A DNA stretch of 64,000 nucleotides. It comes from an uncultured candidatus Porisulfidus sp. (lineage in GTDB: Bacteria; Pseudomonadota; Gammaproteobacteria; Poriferisulfidales; Oxydemutatoraceae). A program made the translations under genes and the position numbers. Below the pieces are notes generated by a model. The model was given only the letters and a program-made list of their open reading frames with translations. It was not told the DNA's origin and searched no databases. Location: NCBI GenBank assembly GCA_965215125.1, contig OZ244052.1, forward strand, positions 128,001 through 192,000, written 5' to 3'. Within the stretch, counting starts at the first letter, position 1, and every line of letters begins with the position of its first letter. Positions 56,995 through 64,000 of this stretch are shown here, piece after piece.

Positions 56995-57040
56995 CTATAC
57001 CGATTCGCCGGCGACTGCCGATCTACAATTAAAGAAACGT
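56995..57040 (+). repeat. 46-bp exact direct repeat, copy 2
   Basis: Identical to 56178-56223. Confidence 0.95.
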
Positions 57041-57108
57041 GGGGCTGTTGAAAAAATACCGTTTGGCACGGATAATGTGTTTATCCACAAAATTTATGTT
57101 TATCTACC

Positions 57109-57152
57109 GTAGAGGCGGACTGTCATGTCCGCCCTAAAGTGCCGTTCTGCAC
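57109..57152 (+). repeat. GTAG-type REP palindrome followed by the 21-bp family B repeat
   Basis: GTAGAGGCGGAC-TGTCAT-GTCCGCCC (GGCGGAC/GTCCGCC stem), then CCCTAAAGTGCCGTTCTGCAC, which is shared with 2242-2262. Confidence 0.65.
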
Positions 57153-57325
57153 AGCCGTAATCGCTTGCGCCGGATGGTTTTGGTTTCCATAAATCGAACG
57201 AATGAGTAAATAGTACAGATACGATGCGACCACCCCATAGAAAGATTTTACATTTTGTATATATGCTAAAGTTCTGCACAACGTTACGCCGATTGACCTA
57301 CTGGTTCAATCGGCGGTTCCATTGC

Positions 57326-57353
57326 GCCTGCCACCCCGCCACAGGAAGGGAAT
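57326..57353 (+). repeat. Partial family A REP-like repeat, about 33 nt downstream of the second giant gene stop
   Basis: GCCTGCCACCCCGCCACAGGAAGGGAAT versus GCCTGCCACCCCTCCAGAGGAGGGGAAT. Confidence 0.7.
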
Positions 57354-57385
57354 ACGTCAATTGGATGGATAAATTTTTAATAGGG

Positions 57386-60300
57386 TTATTGCAGCGGACC
57401 TTCAAGAAATACTTTAGCTCGGATGCGAATTCCCAAAGACTCTCGAATCACCTTGATCGTATAGGTGTTTGAGTTGGTACCGTCTTCGGACTCTACTTCG
57501 ACCTCAATGATATTGCCTGTATCGCCTAGCACATCCAACGGGATGTCGGTATTCGGCGGATAAACGGTGCGACTATTCATGAATACCGAAGTAATAGTCG
57601 TTACACCGTTATTATTCGTCGTGGGTATCACTTTTATGGTCTCGGTCGTATTGGAAACATTGACCGTATAAACGAAGGTTGCGGTAGTATAATCGGGTTC
57701 CAACTTACCGGGTGATACTTCCAAATTATGCAAAGTAGCATCGTCGGCATCAAACAATCTAATCAGCGTCACGGTATAACTTTTAGAGGTTTGATCGTCG
57801 TTTGCTATGACTTTGATTCTGACCACAGTCTCAAAACCTCGCATCGTTTTCCGCCCCGGCCATACAACGACTTCTTTACTTGCAAGGTCTTCCAACGCTC
57901 CGTCATCGACCGAAATTTGGATGCTCGCATGCTCGGTGTCGCTTGCAGTGGCAGTAACTCTAAGCTCTTCGGTATCGTTGCTCACCGAAACGGTATAGGT
58001 TGTGATCTCGCTGCTAAACAGAGGGAGCGGAGAAATAGGAATGCCCGCTTTGGTTATTTGCAGGTTACTCAAATTCGCGTCCACATTCAACGCTCGGAGT
58101 ACCGATACGGTATAAGTCATCGAAGATACACCGTCTTGAGCGAGTACCATAATATCCATCAGTGTCATCTCACCCGGCACCAATTCAATCGGATTGCTCA
58201 ATAATTCTCCTTCGGAAATTTCCGTATCGTTTTCTTCGGCGTCGGGATCCACGGCTAATCCGAGTAAGAAATTAAACGGATCTTCGGTGTCGTCGCGTCT
58301 GCTAATTATAATCGTTGCACTGCTATGCTGTGTTTCAATTCTGGTTCTAAGACTTTCAACCGTATTTTGATAAAAAACGATATTACTCATCATAGTACCG
58401 CTATCCGACACCAACTCTTCTTGATTCTCCGACAACGGGAACAATGTTAACTTCGTCAGAGCTACATCACTACTGTACGGGCGGAACACCGAAACGATAT
58501 AGGTTGCGCTACTTCCGTCGTTCGCTACGACTTTGAAATCAACAAACGTTATTTTATTTTCGCCGAGCTCAACGGTTCTGCGCATGACACCTCCGACAAT
58601 ATCGGGATTGTCGTCGGCTACTATGCTCGCGCGCGGCTGATTTGCTTGTGCGGTTATTACGAGGCGACCGAGCGCGTTGGGAACTCGTAATTCATAGCGT
58701 GTTCGGGTTGTCGCAAAATCGGGAGTCAGAGGTATAGGATCGCCGTTCTCTTCACTGAGTCTAAGATACTTTAGGCTTTTGTCATCGCTGGGAGTACGAA
58801 TTACGAATATCGTATAACTTTGCGAGTTCACCCCATTTTCCGCAATCACCGTGATTTGCACGGGTCGCCGCACATTGATTTCTTCCGCCAATTCTATATC
58901 GATACTGCGATTAACGAGCGAGGCACCGTCTACTTGTAGACTTGCCCCACTGTCGGCAGCCAGAGGAATCATTTGTATGATTTTTACATCGGTTGAAACA
59001 CTTACTTGATAATTTCTATCGCCGTCAAAATCGTCTAAGCCCACGATTTCAAAAGGTGTTTCCGAATTGTGTTCGTATAACGCAACGCTATTCAAATCGT
59101 CGTTATTGCTATCCCGAGCGTCTCGCCTCACTCTGATTCTATATGTTTTGTCTGTTCCGTTTTCTGCGGTCACAACGACAACGATATTATTGGTGCTGGC
59201 TTCCGCACCGGCAGCTTTTAATCCGACGCGGCGCGAGCCGGGTTCTACGGGTTCACCGTTTATTTCTATCTCAATCGTTGCGTCATCGTCTTCGGCTTCG
59301 GCAATCACCTCAAGCTCTGCCGTATTATTTGTAACACCGGTTTCGTATGCGGTAGTCTCGGCATCGAAGGCACGGTCCAACTTTGCTCCGACGATGTTCA
59401 GAACAGCTAGATCGGCATTATCGTTGGGTGCACGACTTAGTAATAGGATATAACTTTGCGAGCTTTGGTCGCTTGACATGACCTTAATGCGCACTTGATT
59501 CCTCGTACCCGATATCACCGCAAAAGCCTCACTTTCAATTTCTTTATTCGCTATGCGGCGATGGCTGATCTCGTTATCGTTGACCGTAATCTCAATCTCG
59601 GCATCCTCATCGATAACCGTAGCCTTCACTCTGACCGTTTTTACACTCTTGCTAATCGTCGTTTCGTATTCATAGACATCGTCTTCAAAAGACGGAGTAT
59701 ATATCCGTACTGCCGCCTCGGGTTTCAATGTCAAGGATGTCAATCTATTGTCATTTCCGATACGCTCCACTAATACACTATGAACTTTAGAGGTCATATC
59801 ATCTCGAGCGATTAATTTAATCTCGTAGGTGTTCATTCCTCTCTTCAGATTATCTATGATGCCAATCGCTTCGCTTCCGATTGCCGAGTCTTCGTTCAAT
59901 AGAACCCGCACACTACTATCTCTGGCAAGTGCTCTTATTACGATTTCTTCCACACGAATAGGAATCGTATAACGATGGCTTGGCTGCTCGATATCATCCG
60001 ACATCAATTCTTCGTGCGTTGACACAAACCGCTGTTCTCCCGCTTCTAGAATCAAACTTTCGAGACTCAAATCAAATTCACGGATCACCGTCACGGTGTA
60101 TGTGTGGGTACGCTTTCCCGGAGCCGATACTTCTATCTCGATCGTATTTGCTCCGACATTCAACGGAATATTTTCCAGAAACGATCGACCGGTTGCCAAC
60201 ACTATGCCGTTTGCGCTGATTTTAACCGTCGCCTCGGGTGTCGGCCTTGTTATTACCGTAATCGTCTTGGTTGAATTAGCAACCGTTGCTTGATATTCGG

Positions 60301-63300
60301 TTTTAGGACTCTCAAACTCGGGGCTGAAAGTTTTCACCGATATCAGCCGTAAATCATACAAATAAGTGCTCAAGTTCAGATGCGACTGCCGCGGCAGTAA
60401 AGTACCACAGATCGGTGATACGGTCGTAGCCTCCATCTCGGTGCGACACGCCGGATCGTTTTCGTCGCCTATCGCATATTTAAGTCTAGGATATTGTAGT
60501 GAATTACCGAAATTCCAATCGGTATCGTCCCAACGATAGTAAATATCGCTCGCTCGAGTTCCTTCACGACCTCTCAACATTTCACCGGTGGTCTTAGCCT
60601 CACCGGGAAAATTCGTCGATGCGCCGGGGTTCACACTGCTATCCCAATAACTATTCAAGACATTCACATTGGCAACCGGAACCAAACCGCCTATCGGTCC
60701 TCCCGATATTTTACCGATAGCGTAGCTGTTAATAATACTCGACAACCCCGGCGGCATACTGCCGACTAAGCCGCCGGCTTTTTCCGTACTACTTACTGCG
60801 GCGGCTGCATAGCTGTTCCTAATCGAGCCGGAACTTAAAACACCGATCAAGCCACCTACCGTATGTTTGATTAGACCTCGGCCCACCACCGTACCGACAC
60901 TATAACTATTATCAACCGAACCCTCATTCTGCCCGATCAAACCACCGACCGATTCTATACCCGTTACATTGCAGTCTACAAAACTATTAATAATGCCACT
61001 ATGCGTTGTCGCATGGGCAACCATTCCTCCTACGATAAAAGTACCTTCTACCCGACCCGATACCGAACTATTGGTAATTTTCCCCTCATTCATTGCGACC
61101 AAAGCACCGACGAATCCCTGTCCGCTCACATTGACATCGGATAAATTAAGGTGATCGATTTGAGCGGCTGCGGTTATCGATTTGAACAAACCGACTTTGT
61201 CTGGTTCCCGGTCAATATGCAAATTGGATATCGTATAATTATTCCCTTTTAATATCGTATTGAAATTTTCTATCGGTGACCAGTTCGAATAAGCACTCAA
61301 GTCTATATCGGTCGTCAACTCATAACCGATACAAGTGTTCTCGGGACACCCCGAAGTAGATCTGCTCACACCGTCATTTTCTCTAAAACCGATACCGTCC
61401 GGCTGGAAACGGATTGCATTCAAAGCATTTGCCGAGCGAATATCTATATAACCATCGTCATCGCGATCTATATCCACATCGGTTAATTCGCCGTACCGAT
61501 TTACCGAAATCCGGTACTCCAAAAATAATCTTCCGTCTATGCGGAGTTCAACCGTGGTTTTTCCACTACCGTCTACCGGAATATCGGAAACCGAACCACC
61601 GCTATTTATCGTTGCGCGATAACTCGCATCGGCACTACTACCGATGACAATATCGGGGGTTGCGTATCCGTGGGATACAACAAGGGTCAATCCGAGCATA
61701 GTCGTTTGCTCGTAAAGCGACAGCAGATAGTCTTGCCGTGTAGAGATAAATTTTTCCGGTAGCAATGAGGGATTATATACTCGCTCGTTTAGCTGCTCTA
61801 CGAGTTCTATGCCGCTCAAAACGGTATGCTGTCCGAATAGCAATTGACCTTGCGCATCGCACGGTATCCATTTCGTGGATGTAGAAGTATTACATAAATC
61901 GTTATGATACTTGATTGCCGGATAGAGTTCGGTATCACCGAAATCCCAGTTATCGCTACGCCATCGGTAATAAACCTCGTTCGAGGTGCTACCGGCTTTA
62001 ATGGGCGATTGAAGTGCCACGGTGGCAAGCCCTACGCCGTTAGTATCTCCTTCACCACTTTCTATTCCGCCAATCGTGCTATCCCAGTAGCTGTTGTTAA
62101 CCACACTGCCGTTGAGATCACTTATCAAACCATGAGCCGCTGCCGATTCATTCGTTAAAACAGCGACGGCATAACTGTCGTCAATCGTAGCTTCGCTACT
62201 CCCTCGTCCGACCAAGAAACCTCTGTCTCCCGTACCTTCTATGGAAGCCATTGCATAGCTGTTAGTAATCGACGCATAATCTTTCATAATACCGACCAAG
62301 CCGCCGGCAGGATTGAACCCAGAATCAATATGAACCAGTGCATAGCTATTTTCAATTTCAGAGATTATGCCGGCCTGTCCTTCGAGTACTCCCACCAATC
62401 CACCGCTATTTCCATGGCCCGCTTTAATCGTGCCGGTTATAAAACTATTGGTGATCTTCGAGGCACTCGTTGCCTGGCCTACAAGCCCCCCTAGGTATTG
62501 CCAGCCGGTAATTCTCAAGTTTAATAAACTCGTGTAATCTATCGTAGAATTCTCTATTTTTGCAAAAAGTCCGGCGTTGGTTATATTGGTGCCGTTGATG
62601 AATAGATTAGAAATCGTGTAACCATTACCGCTGAATGTTCCGGTAAAAGGTTCGGTCTCGCTTCCTATCGGCGGCCAACCTGCCCCCGTAGTCCAACGCA
62701 TCTTAGGTTCGGGACTTTGCCGGTCGCGATAACTGTCGTCATCTTCAAAATCTAGATCCCTGACCAACTCATAACCTATACATCCACCTGCGGCGAGACA
62801 ACCGGTGATATTCCTAGAACCTCCGGAACTCTGCACATAAGCACTGCCGTCGAGTTGGTAGCGTATCTCGTTCAAGGCATCCAAATCGTGCACTTCTATC
62901 AAACCATCGTTGTCGTCGTCTATATCTAAATCATCATTGATGCCGTCACCGTCTATGTCTTTGCTTACATTGATACGGTATGTCGCCGAGGCACTGCTTA
63001 TTGTCGCATCTAAGGTCACGGTGAGCCGAACTAGGGTGTCGATTAACGGACTTAATGCGATGGTGTTGGTTTGCACGCCGTTGCTTACATCAACAACCGA
63101 ATTCGGAATTGCCGAACTGTTAATCTGCATAGTAACCGACTCCGGATCCTTCGCCGTCGGGGTCAGTTGAATGTATCGTGTGTCGACGGGGATTTGCAGT
63201 ATATAATCGAATATATCGCTATTGAAGTCCGGTATTAAACGCCAATCGTCCGAAGAAAATTCTAAATTTGCCAGCCTTAAGTCAATTTCACGAGTCGCTA

Positions 63301-64000
63301 TCACGGTATAAGTATTCGTCGTCTCGCCGGGAACGGCGACTTCGATTGTAATCGTATTTATTCCCAATTTTAGGCTTATATCCCGCGCTATGTGTTCACG
63401 AGCCCGATAGTGTTGCTCGTTTGCAATCATCGTAATCATTGCATTAGACCCGGCATAGGCTGCAACCGTAATCGTCTTTACGGAATTAGCAACCGTGGCA
63501 CTGTATTCTGTTACGAGACTGTCGAATTGCGGTGTGAGACTCTGCAATGGCTCAATATCCAAGTCGCTCAAATATTGACTCGGAGGACGATGCAGTTGAC
63601 CCGGAAGTAAAGTGCCGCATATCGGTAATATAACCGTGGTGTCGGTTGTAACACGACACGCCGGGTCGGCTTCGTCGCCTATTGCATATTTAATGCCCGG
63701 GTACTGCCTTGCGGTGCCGAAATCCCAATCGGTACCTTGCCATTCGAAATAGATATCACCCGCCCTACTCCCTGCGGTTGCGGCTCTGAGTTCGGTGCCG
63801 GTTTTGGCTTCGCCGCCTAGACTCATCGGTATGTCGGGGTTGACATCGCTATTACTATAGCTATTCGTGATCGTGAGGCTGCCGATATTGGTAGCTACTA
63901 TTCCACCTCGATCCTCCCCGACGATCCTTCCGATGGCATAAGTGTTAATAATTTTTGCCACTCCATTAGATGTTACACCGGATATGCCGCCGACTCCCGC
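57386..64000 (-). CDS. Second giant GLUG/cadherin-like repeat protein, C-terminal >2200 aa (5' end lies outside the window)
   Basis: The frame is open to base 64000 (AGVGGISGVTSNG-VAKIINTYAIG), so the GTG at 63961 is not the real start. Three W(D/N)FG..YP module ends, DIDGDGINDDLDIDDDNDGLIEV Ca-type motif, a run of cadherin-like domains, and C-terminal IRIRAKVFLEGPLQ. Confidence 0.92.
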   Translation of the reverse strand, partial: AGVGGISGVTSNGVAKIINTYAIGRIVGEDRGGIVATNIGSLTITNSYSNSDVNPDIPMSLGGEAKTGTELRAATAGSRAGDIYFEWQGTDWDFGTARQYPGIKYAIGDEADPACRVTTDTTVILPICGTLLPGQLHRPPSQYLSDLDIEPLQSLTPQFDSLVTEYSATVANSVKTITVAAYAGSNAMITMIANEQHYRAREHIARDISLKLGINTITIEVAVPGETTNTYTVIATREIDLRLANLEFSSDDWRLIPDFNSDIFDYILQIPVDTRYIQLTPTAKDPESVTMQINSSAIPNSVVDVSNGVQTNTIALSPLIDTLVRLTVTLDATISSASATYRINVSKDIDGDGINDDLDIDDDNDGLIEVHDLDALNEIRYQLDGSAYVQSSGGSRNITGCLAAGGCIGYELVRDLDFEDDDSYRDRQSPEPKMRWTTGAGWPPIGSETEPFTGTFSGNGYTISNLFINGTNITNAGLFAKIENSTIDYTSLLNLRITGWQYLGGLVGQATSASKITNSFITGTIKAGHGNSGGLVGVLEGQAGIISEIENSYALVHIDSGFNPAGGLVGIMKDYASITNSYAMASIEGTGDRGFLVGRGSSEATIDDSYAVAVLTNESAAAHGLISDLNGSVVNNSYWDSTIGGIESGEGDTNGVGLATVALQSPIKAGSTSNEVYYRWRSDNWDFGDTELYPAIKYHNDLCNTSTSTKWIPCDAQGQLLFGQHTVLSGIELVEQLNERVYNPSLLPEKFISTRQDYLLSLYEQTTMLGLTLVVSHGYATPDIVIGSSADASYRATINSGGSVSDIPVDGSGKTTVELRIDGRLFLEYRISVNRYGELTDVDIDRDDDGYIDIRSANALNAIRFQPDGIGFRENDGVSRSTSGCPENTCIGYELTTDIDLSAYSNWSPIENFNTILKGNNYTISNLHIDREPDKVGLFKSITAAAQIDHLNLSDVNVSGQGFVGALVAMNEGKITNSSVSGRVEGTFIVGGMVAHATTHSGIINSFVDCNVTGIESVGGLIGQNEGSVDNSYSVGTVVGRGLIKHTVGGLIGVLSSGSIRNSYAAAAVSSTEKAGGLVGSMPPGLSSIINSYAIGKISGGPIGGLVPVANVNVLNSYWDSSVNPGASTNFPGEAKTTGEMLRGREGTRASDIYYRWDDTDWNFGNSLQYPRLKYAIGDENDPACRTEMEATTVSPICGTLLPRQSHLNLSTYLYDLRLISVKTFSPEFESPKTEYQATVANSTKTITVITRPTPEATVKISANGIVLATGRSFLENIPLNVGANTIEIEVSAPGKRTHTYTVTVIREFDLSLESLILEAGEQRFVSTHEELMSDDIEQPSHRYTIPIRVEEIVIRALARDSSVRVLLNEDSAIGSEAIGIIDNLKRGMNTYEIKLIARDDMTSKVHSVLVERIGNDNRLTSLTLKPEAAVRIYTPSFEDDVYEYETTISKSVKTVRVKATVIDEDAEIEITVNDNEISHRRIANKEIESEAFAVISGTRNQVRIKVMSSDQSSQSYILLLSRAPNDNADLAVLNIVGAKLDRAFDAETTAYETGVTNNTAELEVIAEAEDDDATIEIEINGEPVEPGSRRVGLKAAGAEASTNNIVVVVTAENGTDKTYRIRVRRDARDSNNDDLNSVALYEHNSETPFEIVGLDDFDGDRNYQVSVSTDVKIIQMIPLAADSGASLQVDGASLVNRSIDIELAEEINVRRPVQITVIAENGVNSQSYTIFVIRTPSDDKSLKYLRLSEENGDPIPLTPDFATTRTRYELRVPNALGRLVITAQANQPRASIVADDNPDIVGGVMRRTVELGENKITFVDFKVVANDGSSATYIVSVFRPYSSDVALTKLTLFPLSENQEELVSDSGTMMSNIVFYQNTVESLRTRIETQHSSATIIISRRDDTEDPFNFLLGLAVDPDAEENDTEISEGELLSNPIELVPGEMTLMDIMVLAQDGVSSMTYTVSVLRALNVDANLSNLQITKAGIPISPLPLFSSEITTYTVSVSNDTEELRVTATASDTEHASIQISVDDGALEDLASKEVVVWPGRKTMRGFETVVRIKVIANDDQTSKSYTVTLIRLFDADDATLHNLEVSPGKLEPDYTTATFVYTVNVSNTTETIKVIPTTNNNGVTTITSVFMNSRTVYPPNTDIPLDVLGDTGNIIEVEVESEDGTNSNTYTIKVIRESLGIRIRAKVFLEGPLQ

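Noticed and set aside
56178-57040. attL/attR of an intact integrative element
   Set aside because: There is no integrase, the enclosed DNA includes the ATPase's own 3' end, and the second copy does not restore a gene; kept only as a duplication scar.
57043-57156. MITE with GGCTGT terminal inverted repeats
   Set aside because: Only about 9 of 12 terminal bases match and no target duplication is evident; too weak to call.
57224-57472. 82-aa plus-strand ORF
   Set aside because: It overlaps the giant 2 stop antisense and a REP-like repeat; no motif support.
63959-63961. Start codon of the 2191-aa ORF
   Set aside because: The frame is open to the window edge with GLUG-like sequence and no signal peptide, so the GTG is internal.

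Overview
Bacterial DNA, probably gammaproteobacterial, from an organism with H4MPT-linked C1 metabolism (mptG-mtdB). The window is dominated by large secreted repeat proteins on the minus strand. One is a complete 44.9-kb ORF (14,973 aa): Sec signal, Calx-beta region, about 22 GLUG/beta-helix modules and cadherin-like tails. The 3' part of a paralogous giant gene runs off the right edge, and a third signal-peptide protein, missed by the ORF track, runs off the left edge. Both giants end in the same tag, (L/I)RIR(V/A)KVFLEGPLQ-stop, encoded with different synonymous codons. Between them lies a compact pilM/N-fusion, pilO, pilP, liposecretin, GspE/PilB ATPase operon with no pilins and no platform gene. 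The main hypothesis (inference) is a dedicated secretin-based export or anchoring system for tagged megadalton surface proteins. An IS3-family element with a 4-bp target duplication separates the giant gene from its apparent native promoter. After the ATPase lies a Mu-like phage remnant: a PBECR-type nuclease, a convergent promoter-driven ~100-nt structured RNA candidate, and a 46-bp direct repeat. Two families of REP-like repeats are also present. All calls were made by eye; no database searches were run.
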